A stretch of 63,981 nt of DNA, the filler included, from Trypethelium eluteriae (lineage: Eukaryota): the NCBI GenBank assembly GCA_051942245.1. It is 3 parts of 3 records of this genome, joined end to end, with 100 filler letters (N's around TTAATTAATTAA, not from the genome) between each part and the next. Parts side by side here need not be neighbours in the genome. Positions count along the whole stretch, not along the records: positions 1 to 21,511 come from JAVECL010000470.1; positions 21,612 to 43,100 come from JAVECL010000471.1; 1 more part is not named here. One strand, given 5' to 3'. Below are positions 11,733 through 23,193 of this stretch, piece after piece. Each line of letters starts with the position of its first letter. Position 1 is the stretch's first letter. The position numbers were made by a program, and so were the translations under genes. The notes under the pieces are model-generated. The model worked only from the letters and a program-made list of their open reading frames with translations, made no database searches and was not told the DNA's origin.

Positions 11733-13763
11733 ATGTCTGATAGTGCAGAACCGCTTAACGTTGTAGTGCTTGGAGCTTCATTCGCTGGTTGCGCTGTTGC
11801 TCATCACTTTCTCGAACGCATTCTCCCAACGTTGGGCACGACTGCAAATGCAACGAAGTATCGACTAGTTCTGGTCTCTCCATCGACACACATCTACTGG
11901 AACATCGGGGCACCACGTGTTCTCGTCTCACAAAAGTTGATATCCTACGAAGATGCCTTCCTCCCTATCGAGCCCGGTTTCGAGCGCTATGGTAAACGCA
12001 AATTTACATTTATCCAGGCGGCAGCCACAAGCCTAGACACTGAAAAGCAACTTATAACCTTGACCTTCACAGGAAAGGATGCTGAAGAAAACGCCGTGGC
12101 GCGCCGTCGTACATCCTTGGTTGCAGGGCAACGAGGCTCTTCAGGCCCGCAGTCTCCGGCTTCCCCACAACGCTATCAGAAGTCTGGAGCCGCCGTCTCT
12201 TCTAACGAAGTAAGAGATAACCAGACGATCCCTTACCACGCCTTAGTCCTCGCAACGGGGAGCCACACCTTTTCCCCCCTCTTCACCCTCCAAGGACCCC
12301 ATGAGAAAACACAGGCAGCTCTCGATACCGTGCATCGACGTATCCCCACGGCCATCAACATTGTCATCGCAGGCGGCGGCCCAACCGCCGTCGAAACCGC
12401 CGGCCAAATCGCCACCTTCTTTCGCTCCAAAGCCGCCTTCACCGCCTCCGGACTCACACGCGAGGACTGGAAGAGCCTCAACCAAAAACGGCACATCACG
12501 CTGATCTCCAGGACAGCGGGGCTGCTCGCGGGCGTCGACGGTGCGCTGGGCATCACCGCCGAAAAGCAACTGCTCAACCTCGGCGTGCGCATCCTACACA
12601 ACACCCGCGTCACCTCCGCCAGCACGAACGACGGCTCCGACGCCTACCACCCGCCCCGAAACTTCAGCGTCCGCACCACTGTCACCCTCGACAACGGCAC
12701 CACCCTCGCCGGCATCGACCTGTACATCCCGTGCACGGGCGTCCACCCGAACACCGCCTACCTGCCCTCCGTCTTCCAGTCCCCCTCCGGCTACGCCAAC
12801 ACCGACACCACGCCGCTGACGCTGCGCCTTGTCCCGCGACTTCCCGACCCCTCCGCCGGCGCCGCCAACCTGCCGAGCACGCCAGAGTCGGTGCCGCCGA
12901 AAGCCGATCGCGTGTATGCGGTGGGCGACTGCGCGAGCTACTCGGCGAACTACGTGCCGGACGTGTACGACGCGATCCCCGTGCTGATGTTCAACCTCGC
13001 GAACGACCTGCTGGCGTGGGAGCTGCGCGAGGCGCAGCCGTATGGCGGGAATGAGGAGGAGGTGAGGGCGATTGAGGAGGCGGATGCGGGGTTTACGCCC
13101 AGGCGGGCGAAGCCGAAGGTTGTGGAAGAGAAGAAGGAGAAGAAGGAGAAGAGCGAGGGGCCGAAGAAGTTGAAGAAGAGGATTGCGAGGATGACGTTGA
13201 TGACGCCGTTTGTGGAGGCGTCGAAGAAGGAGGAGGGGGAGCAGGGTGGAGGGGAGAGGGTGGTGGTGAGGGATGAGGTGACGAGGGAGAAGGGGAAGAA
13301 GATGTCGCTTGCGGAGGCGATGAGGACGACGGGTCCAGATGGTCAGGGGGCGGCGCCTGCTTTGCCGAAGCCGGTCGTGGACAAGAGTCGCTGGTCGGGG
13401 CTTTCGGGAAGAGTTAAGGAAGGACGGGGTGAGATAGACCATGCTCTGTCTCCGAAGCGTTCGTCCAAGAATGCTGCTGCCAATGCGCACAGCGGTGACC
13501 TTCCGACGGCGCCCAAGGCGGCGGCGAGAAAGGGGAGTACAAATGACTACTCGCCGAGCGGGATGAAAGCGGATGAGCCAGGAAATGTGGAAAAAGACAA
13601 GGTCTTGGTGGATACGCAGCTTTGCCCCATTACTCGACTTGGTGGTGTGGGAGTCGTATTTGGACACCGTCTGCCGAGTCTCATAGTGTGGGCCATCAAG
13701 GGACGAGACTATAGGGTTGGGAAGGGAAAGGATGTGGTGTGGAACGGGAACAACCCGTATTGA
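11733..13763 (+). CDS. AIF/AMID-like FAD-dependent pyridine nucleotide oxidoreductase with low-complexity insertions
   Basis: NVVVLGASFAG, YHALVLATGS, IVIAGGGPTAVETAGQ, YIPCTGVHPNT, RVYAVGD and C-terminal GGVGVVFGHRLPSLIVWAIKGRDY. Confidence 0.9.
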   Translation: MSDSAEPLNVVVLGASFAGCAVAHHFLERILPTLGTTANATKYRLVLVSPSTHIYWNIGAPRVLVSQKLISYEDAFLPIEPGFERYGKRKFTFIQAAATSLDTEKQLITLTFTGKDAEENAVARRRTSLVAGQRGSSGPQSPASPQRYQKSGAAVSSNEVRDNQTIPYHALVLATGSHTFSPLFTLQGPHEKTQAALDTVHRRIPTAINIVIAGGGPTAVETAGQIATFFRSKAAFTASGLTREDWKSLNQKRHITLISRTAGLLAGVDGALGITAEKQLLNLGVRILHNTRVTSASTNDGSDAYHPPRNFSVRTTVTLDNGTTLAGIDLYIPCTGVHPNTAYLPSVFQSPSGYANTDTTPLTLRLVPRLPDPSAGAANLPSTPESVPPKADRVYAVGDCASYSANYVPDVYDAIPVLMFNLANDLLAWELREAQPYGGNEEEVRAIEEADAGFTPRRAKPKVVEEKKEKKEKSEGPKKLKKRIARMTLMTPFVEASKKEEGEQGGGERVVVRDEVTREKGKKMSLAEAMRTTGPDGQGAAPALPKPVVDKSRWSGLSGRVKEGRGEIDHALSPKRSSKNAAANAHSGDLPTAPKAAARKGSTNDYSPSGMKADEPGNVEKDKVLVDTQLCPITRLGGVGVVFGHRLPSLIVWAIKGRDYRVGKGKDVVWNGNNPY

Positions 13764-14653
13764 AAAAGGATACACAGCAAGCTTGCCTCAGTGTTCTACT
13801 GTGTCCCTATACCCTTGGGAGAGGTTCACCTTTTCATATGATAAGTCTGTTATTTTATTGGTTTATTGATTTGGGCGTTAGTCTGATATTGAAACAAGGA
13901 GTCGAAACTTGGCAATGAAAGGCTGGTAGTCTACTCAACATCTGAAATAGAGATCTCTTTGCACGATAATAACTATGCTTTTCCGTACTCGAACATTCTC
14001 AGTATGGTAGAATTTCATTTACACTTCAGACGAGACGAACCAAGGTTCTAGGATGAGGCGGAAGGCCTCAGGGATCATGTCTCATTGTATGTTTCCTCCA
14101 CAAGCCTCTCCATCGGCTTCGCTGATGTGTTGTACAAGTTATGGCCACGGAAAGGTCATTTTTACAACCAAACGCAGAAATGCCCAAGCAGATGCCGCAA
14201 TGAGGGGTGTCACTAGAATTTTGGCTTCTCCCATATGATGCACTAACGCGACAATTGAGGCGGCTGCCACAGAAGAAGCAATCGAAATGGGAGATGAGAA
14301 CAGTGAAAAACGACTTCAAAATGAAGATCAAACCGGGTTTCTCATTGCAAGAATTTGAGAGAGTTCAAAGCGTAGTTATAGATAATGATGCAAGAGGAGA
14401 AAACTCCGTTGAGTAGGGAAGCACCCATCAACCAGTCGTTACCTTTGCCTTCGGCCTGCCATGGAGCTTTAAATTTCGGGCAACCTACAACTAGCTGGTT
14501 TCTCGTTCCACAGCCACACTAAATTAACAGGCAACTTGTAGCCAGAAGATTGTGCTCTCCGTTATCCGCTGAAGATTATAGCAAGGCCAGCCTTAATGAG
14601 CAAGACATTGAGAATATGACGATGTGCCTATCTAACCATCATCGAATTGATAA

Positions 14654-15996
14654 TCATCCTTCAAAGACGATCTCGATGATAGAGTTGAATGCCCCTTGTG
14701 GCTTGACGATGTTCTTAATCCTAAGTCGGGAGTCACTGTCGTGGATGAGTTGTTTAAATTGATCCACCTCCCTCTCAGAAGAAGCTAAGCAAGACATCAC
14801 AATCATTTCGACCGTCCTAGTGATCCTTATCAGTGCGGCACCTTATAGAAGAGAAGCGGAGTGTGTCAAGAAAATACATACTTCAACGCACGTTCTTCGT
14901 GTTGTTTGAAGGTTCCTGGATCGTAAGCTACACCATCGACAATCAAAATCCGCGATCCCGGTTTCATGGCGGCGGTAACATTTTGAAGTAGCTTGATGGC
15001 GAGATCGTCCGACCAGTCGTGTAGCACGGCTTTAAACATATAGACATCTGCTCCGTGGACTGACTGTGGCTCGAAGAAATCGTGCGCCTGGAACGTTACG
15101 CGATCCTTTAGGTCCTGTGGACACATGGATTCGGCCTGAGCAATTACTTTAGGGAGGTCCTGTACGATAAGCTTTAGCTGGGGAAACTCCCTCGCAATTG
15201 CGCAGCTGATCTGCCCATGTCCAGCTCCCACATCTACGACTGTAGCTTCTCCAAGCGCACCCCAGTCATACCCATGTACGTAGAGCTCCAGTCCAAACCC
15301 CTCCGTGTCCCCATAAGCCTTCATCAAGTTCCCAAACTGGACCGTTTCCTTTTCTTTGCCGGGCTGACTGTAGAACTCGAACAGGCCTTTGTCTGTTTTC
15401 TCCGCGGCATTGAAGGGTGTTCTGTTTCCCTGTGTAATCATATCTGCGCCCCATTTTTCGTAAGCTTCTACCGTGTACGTACTCCACCTCCATCCTTGTT
15501 CCAAATTCCATCCAACCATGTCTGCATATACAGGGTCCCTTAGCAAGCTTGACTGTGCGGTATGAGCAACCATGCTAGGCCGAGGTTCGCAGAAGATATC
15601 GATGGTGATGGCGAGGCGAAGAAGGCGGCGAAGGAAACCTTCATCAACGCTTGCTGTCTTCGCAATCTCAGCATAGGAGAGGACTCGATCAAGAGGGATA
15701 GCATCGGCAATCTTGAAGTGATTGATCCATTGCAGGGATGCGGTGTGGGCCCAGCTCCAGCATAACCAAGTGAGGACGTTGCGCGGTCCGTTTGCAAGGT
15801 CGTGAAGCTTTTTCGATGCGTCACGGAGCTCGTTGCGAGCTTCGAAGACGTCGGCGGGGAGCTTCGGCCACTGCAGTGGCGCACCTACGTCAAACGAGGG
15901 TTGCGGAAGGTTATGTGACGACAAGTGCTCCGACACGATTTTTGTCGAGTTCGCTACCTTTTGAGCGAGGTCTTCAAGAGGTTTAGAAGAAGCCAT
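14654..15996 (-). CDS. SAM-dependent O-methyltransferase (Methyltransf_2, secondary-metabolite type)
   Basis: VVDVGAGHG, LIVQDLP, FQAHDFFEPQ, VLHDWSDD. An intron after ALK (GTATGT) leads to a last exon TVEMIVMSCLASSEREVDQFKQL...IIEIVFEG*. Confidence 0.93.
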
Positions 15997-16982
15997 GTTA
16001 GTAGAGGCAATGAAGGGATCCGCTCAACCGTGTCCAAAAAGCCTGGCGATACTTGGGGGGGTCCCGGGGAAGACGGCCTTCTTAAGCTGCGTTGATTCAT
16101 GGTCAAATCCAGAGTGTTTGTAGAGTCGTGACGAACTTGGCTTGATTTTTCGAGAATCACTGGCTTAAGCTGAAATGCAGTGGAACGAGGAAGGCGGGCA
16201 ATGGGTGCTATTGCCATCACACCTTCATAATCTGGCCCGCTCGACTGCTGGCGTGTCCGAGGTCAGATCAGACTAACCAAGGGCATTCGATGAGCTGTAG
16301 GATGAAGAAAGCCGGACCATATTGGTTTGCCTTGCATTGCTTTATCAAGGTGGCTAGAATGACTCTTGTCTACTGGATGCAATCCTAGCAAATAGCCGTG
16401 CCTATTTGCTGTAATTAGGTGGGAGTGAGGGAACCCCACCCCCACCCGCAAAAGCAAGTGAGATGAGGTATCCAGTTGTTGCATCCCACGATCTTAGAAG
16501 CGACGCCATGTTCAAGACGATCTCGATTGCTCATGTTCGGTCGGCCTGAAAAGCATCGATACTATGATTCGTCGAAATAGAGCATGGTCTCCTCGTCCTG
16601 GTTCGTAATCGTTGCGTCAATTAGCAGAATCTGCAGGAGATTTTATGCACATTAGCTTTAGTCGCAGGGGATGAAATGCTGATGAGTCTGATGGGAATAG
16701 AACGTGAATTTCGGCCCTTTCGCTCGTGTGGGGACTGGTAAATAACTTAGGTCTAGCGACTATGGTACGAGTCTGCCAAGGTGGCCGCCTAAGGTGGTGC
16801 TTGGCCTTCCGCTGGCAACAGTACGCTCAAGTCCATCCTCGAGGCTCGATCTTAAGACTCCGGAATCTGAGTTTCAAGCTTGTCTCATAAGCTGGAGCCT
16901 TACGTCGCGATCCTCTAGGGCCCTATTCCAGTTAATATCTTTGGTAAATGACACTGTAGAACTCCCCTTTGGATCCTAAAAT

Positions 16983-18170
16983 TTATGGGCCAGCTGCTTG
17001 TATTTTTCGAGTGTTCTCTACGGCTTTAACGTACTTGATTGTAGAGAATAGATGAAAGCAAAAGAGTACGAACCAGACATAAAGTACAGTTAACATGATG
17101 ACGAGGATTAGTAGAATGCAGGCAACGCAAAAGCCATATGAGGCCCACGAGAAAGCCTTATTCTCCTTCAGCAGGTCTGTAGCAAGTCCGACTTGCAGAG
17201 CTGAGAGAATTACAGTCAGGTAAACCAACACTGTGAGAAGCCACGCAAAATTGCGCCGGAAAAGTGAACTCTGCCAGGTCGAGCTGGACATGAAGCCTCC
17301 ACCGCGGATGAGATTAGAGATCGAAAACACTGCGGGTATCACTCGGTAAAGACTATTCAGCCTATTGAGGCGAAGTTCACCGTACCTATATCGTCGGTCC
17401 ACCTGTTCGAGGGTATCAATATCTATATGTGATAGAAAATCCTTGAGGAAGGTGGTCCAATTAAGCCAATCGATCCCAGATGGCAGCAGACCAATCTCTT
17501 TGGCAATTTTGAGATCGCTCTCGTATGACACTAGCCATGCATAAGATAGCAAGAGACCACAAGACGAACGATGCAGCTTCTTGTCCGGACATATCGTCTC
17601 TCGCCAATAATTGTAATTTAGCAGAAAGTCTGGCAGCGGTCTGAGAAAGATTCGAGACTCATGCCAGACTAAATGCTCGTCTGTGTTCTCCGTTATTACT
17701 AGTTCCCTGCCTAAGAGCCTCTGCCGATGGAGCGGCCTCGCAGCCTTGGGCAATCCTGCAAGCCACAAGTATCGATGAATCCGATCCAGTTTCGGTGTAT
17801 AGATTATAGCTTTTAGAAACTTCTCCTTCTCTTCAAGAGGGCGTATGAATTGGCTGTCGGTTCTGACGAGTATAGGATAGGTGGGCATGACCACAGAGAG
17901 AGCACATTTCTGTGAGAATGGGGGTTCAAGAGCTGCATGGGGTGATATGCTAAATTAGCCAAGAGGTTTGGGGAGAGAACGAGTCTTCGACTTAGCAAAC
18001 CGATTTCGATCCTGAGGGGATAGCCATCTCCTCATAATTCATGAGTGCCCTCTTGAGGGACTCGGAAGGCGATAGCGATTCGCAAGAAATTATGCACTCG
18101 TATCGGCCAATGACTTACCTTCCAAGAGATGTTTGGGGGATTTGTTGTCGACCGGCATTGCAGCAGTCAT
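16983..18170 (-). CDS. DUF6601-like fungal protein with two C-terminal transmembrane helices
   Basis: RPLHRQ...GRELVITE...HLVW...IFLRPLP.FLL...LLSYAWLV.YESD..IA...RY.YGELRL.RLN...LSALQVGL. A short first exon from ATG 18170 ends at GTAAGT; 5' exon structure is uncertain. Confidence 0.8.
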
Positions 18171-18460
18171 GGCGAAGGTAGTTCAGCCTGAGAATGAGAA
18201 TGGATTACATACCTACCTTATGAGGCTGTCTCGGAGTTGGCGCCTACGTCTTCCATCGCGCATTAGCGTATTCCGTACCATCATTCTAGCCATGGGTAAT
18301 CAATGACCGACGAGAAAAAAATCTTCTATTCTAAGCAGAATTTTCGAATTGATTTTGCGGACGCGCCTGTGTAGATATCCTTACGGGGTCAGGGCTCAAA
18401 TGGACCAAGGGAACCTCAAGGTTAATCGTCACGGCTACGCCGCCCCTATCGGCCTGCAGA

Positions 18461-20663
18461 ATGACGCTCCCTCCGCGGAATCCCCGTCTTATTGACTGTC
18501 TGGAGAAGCCTAAGGCCTTGGACAACAGGCTTGAGCCCTTAAACGATGGGCTTGAGCCTGGTGATGGGCCTCTTCAAGAGCCACCCCGTTCGTGGGGATA
18601 CCGAGCGGAAAATATCCCAGCCCACACTACGGCTGAAAGTCTCTTGGATTGCTTTGACGAGGAAGATCGCAAATCCTTGTCTGTTAAGAGCCTTGCTCCT
18701 GCTGCTGACAACAGCGCTGAAGATGTTAAAGGCGAACTTACGGCAACTCTATCATTTGCAGGAGTAGATGCTAGGAACCGGGCTCCCCGACTTAGGCCGG
18801 GAAACCTCATTTCGATAGACAGCGATTTCATCGGCCTGACTCCTCTCAATACTCCGAAGTATCCAGTCACCGTAGATGTGATTGCTATCACCGGATTGGC
18901 GGGACATGCTTATGGCTCATGGGCAAGTTCTGATGATTTCATGTGGTTAAGAGATGCTCTTCCATTTGACCTTCCGCATGCCAGAATCCTGACTCATGGC
19001 TATCGATCTGAACTTCAGGACAATGATGCCCGAAGCCTTGTCACAGATTACGCTGGGCCATTCCTCGAGCGCATACAGGTCATGAGACAGGCCGCTTGTT
19101 GTGAGGACCGTCCAATGGTTTTGATTGGGCATAGCCTTGGCTGTCTCATCATCAAGCAAGCTCTTGTAGACGTAATGATTCGTAGGGTGAGGTCTGATTT
19201 CCCAGCATTTCCGGTTTGCTGTATCGTGTTTTTGGGGGCTCCCCATCGTGGTCTACAAGTGGAGGCCCTGGAGACGCTCGTGAAATCCAGACCGACCGAG
19301 GACATCGTATTGGAATTGCGATCAGGCTCACCGACGCTTACCTACCTTAATAACAACTTTCGTCAAGTTGTTGATGACATACAAATCATTAGCTGTTATG
19401 AAAAGTATCCCACACCTACTGTCATTCGGCGAGGCGATACATGGGAACGAACTGGCCCAAAAGTTCTGATGGTTTCGGAGGACTCAGCCAAGCTCTATCT
19501 ACCTAACGAAAGACATCTCGCTGCCTATGCCAATCATTCCTAGATTGCCAAAATCAAGCGCGGTGAGGGTAGTATTTACCACACTTTGAAAGGTGGTATC
19601 AAATCTTCCATTGCATCGCACTCGGTTATCGATCATAAGATATCTACTGTGAACGAAAACTCTTCGCTTGACGACCGCCAAATACCCACACCTACACCTC
19701 ATTATAGTAGCCCCAACTCGACTACAAATCACTCGGTCTCTAGAACTGGACCGAGACCAACTGGCGCTGTTGAGGAACTGGCTATAGAAGCAGCCAGGCA
19801 CGACGAGATCACGGGACTGTTCCACCTGTCAGGAGACCATCACCACCAAGTAAACGTTATTGCAATCCACGGCTTGGGGGGTGCACCTTTCGTTACTTGG
19901 AGCGATGGTGACCATCTTTGGCTTCGCGACTCTCTACCAAGAGATCTCTCAGTAAGGGTCTTCCTGTTCGGATACAAGCCCTCAGAGGTCTTATCCGACC
20001 CAAATACAAGTCTCTGTAACACAGCAGCGAAGCTTTTGGACAGCTTGGACTTGTACAGACGGGCCGGTATAGCAACACCTAAGAAATTCATATTTGTGTG
20101 TCACGATTTTGGCGGTCTAGTCCTTAAAGAAGCTCTAGTAGCTGTACAGAGAGGCCCTATGCCACATAGATGGTTGCTCGACGAGATGATCGGAGCTGTC
20201 TTCTTTGATTGCCCCCACTACGGTCCGGATGTGAATTGGTGGTCTGGCTATGTGTTTCGCTTGCTACGTAGTCCTCGAGGGGAAGCAGCACTCGCCCGAA
20301 TCATCGATCTTCTCCCTCAATTTGCAGGGACATGGGGCTATATATGCAACTTCATTTCCTCGAATACAGTGCCTGGGATTGTACAGTCGTTCTATACGGC
20401 TCAGGCTTCTGGCTCAATTGGATCGGTTGTATGATTTAATTCGGATCATCAAGGAGAAAATCTTCGCTAATGGAATCTAGCTGCTGGATAAACAGTCCGC
20501 GACTCTCAAGGTTCCAATGGAATTATCAGTGGCTCTCGATCTCGATATTCATCTCTTCTGTAACTTCGATTCAATAGACAGCAAACAATACTCCATTGTC
20601 CTCCGCGCTATCGACAGCATCATCTTCCAGGCCGGAATGTTAGCGCCTTTCAAGGCTCCTTAA
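18461..20663 (+). pseudogene. Tandem SesB/DUF676/PGAP1-like alpha/beta-hydrolase gene interrupted by one in-frame TAG (19541-19543)
   Basis: ORFs 18461 and 19586 share a frame. Domain 1: DVIAITGLAGHAYGSW...MWLRD.LP...LIGHSLGCLIIKQAL...FLGAPHRG...ANHS*IAK. Domain 2: VIAIHGLGG...LWLRDSLP...FVCHDFGGLVLKEAL...FFDCPH. An intron at about 20429-20480 leads to a last exon LLDKQSATL...FCNF...KAP*. Confidence 0.75.
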
Positions 20664-21059
20664 GGTTGTACCTCCAGCCCGCGACGGTGGAAGCTTCCCA
20701 ATAATGCTCAGGACAACCTGATTCACGACTGAAACCTCGACCAAGAGCGTGGCGATGGCGCTGAATTCCTGCTTCTAGACGGCAACTTATCCAACGTCAG
20801 TCTCACCCCCATTTTGCACAACTCAAATTCGTCGTATGTATGACGAGTTCAAGGTAGTCTGTATCGTAGGTATGGACTACTATTAACATCATTCCTACTC
20901 AATTCCGCGTGGCATAGTAACAAAGTACTCCCACATTTTGCAACATGCACGTATTCCCCTCCGACTTCGCACAAACAAAAGTCGTGACGGAATACCCTTT
21001 AACCATAAAGGAAGATTTTGAAGTTGTCCAGATAGACCTTCACAACATCCAACAGAGCC

Positions 21060-21511
21060 TTACAACCTCCCACAACACAACAAAAACTTCAGAATCCTCA
21101 CCTTCAACGACTTCTGCCCCGTCGGCGGTGGACTCCGAATGATCGTCCCCTGCGACCGCGTCCTCACAGGCGTCACCTCCGACGCCTCGACCTCCGACCT
21201 CTGACCCTCCGACCTTCGCCGCTCAGCCCCGCGCTGCTCCCCCCTCTTGCGCTCTTCCCTGCTCCTGCTCCTCCTCTCTCCCACCCCGGGCGCCTCCACT
21301 CGCTCATGAGGCCCCTGTCTGCGGTGGTGCACCTGGACCTGGCGGGGCGAGTGGCGCGTGCTGAAGCTCGCGACGTCATGGTCGCTACGTGCGGGGCTCT
21401 GCTCGGCAGTGGTCGTGGTGACGGGGTTTTCGTTGAGCGAGTCATAGGAGAGATTCACGGCGGTGGAGGAGTTGCCTGGCGGGTGGGAGCCAAGGGGGAG
21501 GGAGGCTGAGG
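21060..21511 (-). CDS. Partial (3' end) low-complexity hypothetical protein, 5' part lost in gap
   Basis: The frame is open from the gap edge to the stop at 21060. R/E/S-rich, ends RILKFLLCCGRL*. Confidence 0.45.
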
Positions 21512-21611
21512 NNNNNNNNNNNNNNNNNNNNNNNNNNNNNNNNNNNNNNNNNNNNTTAATTAATTAANNNNNNNNNNNNNNNNNNNNNNNNNNNNNNNNN
21601 NNNNNNNNNNN
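21512..21611. other. Artificial assembly gap spacer
   Basis: 44 N + TTAATTAATTAA (stops in all six frames) + 44 N = 100 bases, identical in design to the spacer at 43101-43200. Confidence 0.97.
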
Positions 21612-23193
21612 GCTAATAAAAGTCTTCCCTCAAGATTAGACTTATTAGAAGCTTGCATGGTTGTCAATTGAGAATTAAAGGTTCGTACGCGCGACGCGTG
21701 GTGGGGTTGATCAGCTCGCCCGGGTGATCAGCTCACTTGTGAAACACGTTACTTAAGGCCTGAATGTTTACATAAGCTACTTTGCTGCATTCCTTCCACC
21801 AATCACAGCCGCCAGCAGCTCTAACATCTTTGGGATTCCCGCGGGCAATGTCGCCAGGCGTGAAGCTGGGTACTTCTTGAATTGCATCGACGTTACGAGG
21901 ACGGTTGCCATCGCTGTGTCTCTGTCTACCCTACACACATCCGTCCTCGGTCGTAGAACCGTACTCTACGATAGAGTATCATAAGGGAACGCTTACCTCG
22001 GTCAAAGAAGGGTTTTCTAGGGAGTACAACTCACCCACAACCGACTTCATCTGTGCCACTTTCTTACCTAAATTGGCACAGCAAGTCTAGGGTGTGTTAC
22101 TGAGGATCGCTCCTCAGTCTAGCTGGCTTCCGAAATATTAGGTGACAGTAGCCAAAAGGCTACCAGATGCCAAATTATGGCAGCAGCAACCAAGCGATGC
22201 TAGGAGCCTTAGTATTCTGATGCCCAAGATCAAGTTGACCATTCGCAGCAAGGTAAGCAGGCTTGAGCATGTTATCGTAGTTATGTCCAGATAAAGCTCT
22301 GTCGATGTTTGCAAGTACCATCGGACGGCATTGTCCATCCGGCTAGTGTCAAGCACCTCCAAGCCGCTGGCAGAGAAGGTAATACGACGTCATTTTGAGT
22401 GGATGGCATGTCTCTGACTTCTATGGCAAGAGCAAGAGATGAGCTGAAAGAATACATCTGATAGTTCGACAACTCTGTCAACAGCCGCCGCCTTCGGACT
22501 CCGCTGTGCCGCCAGTACGCTATCGTACAGCTCCTAACATACCGGAATAGCATACTTGGTAATTTCGACGTTCTGCGCCCTCTAGAAACTCCACGACATC
22601 CAACGCCTAACACACAACTCTTATTCTGGATATGGACGTTGCGTCATCAATGACCTTTTTGTAAAGAGGCACATTCATTGCTCAACGCCTGGTCTCCAGA
22701 TACAACAATGTCGTCATTTCGCCTCCCTCTCGGGTAAGCCCCGATCATGGAGGCAGTGAAGTTTTCTTGCCGGTCCAGCTAATGCAGACTTGGTCCACCT
22801 GAGCTTTCGATGTCGAAGCGCAAAGTCGCAAACCAGAGATCGACCGAGATCTCTTGAGATATCTGGCCAATTTGAGGATACTCCGCGGCCATATTCTGCA
22901 TTTATGCTGGCAGGAGCCACTTCCGCAATGCCTGCTAAGCTAGACTTAGGAAGATAACAGAGATATTATGGGTTACCGTGTTGAAAGGAGCAGCCGCCAT
23001 TCTGTCCAGGTTAGGAGGTAGAGGCAGGTCCAGTCCCAAGAAACTGGCCTACAGATGTTAGAGGTAACCTCAGCTGTATATAACCTTCAGCTTCTGCTAG
23101 AAATCACAGTTCATCTATTTCCGCTGCTTCCTTACTACTGTACACTTCATCGGTTTCCTCGACGCAGGCGCTTTTCCTGCTTTAATTATTGCC

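Noticed and set aside
12594..13775. 393-aa antisense ORF opposite the AIF-like gene (similar shadows at 6477-6986, 52822-53481, 27997-28608)
   Set aside because: Explained by GC-rich, biased codon usage of the sense gene; no recognisable motifs.
21556..21567. TTAATTAATTAA palindrome (also 43145-43156)
   Set aside because: Centred in exactly 44+44 Ns both times; a six-frame-stop scaffolding linker, not biology.
21900..22950. Scattered short ORFs right of gap 1
   Set aside because: No coherent frame, splice model or domain motif.
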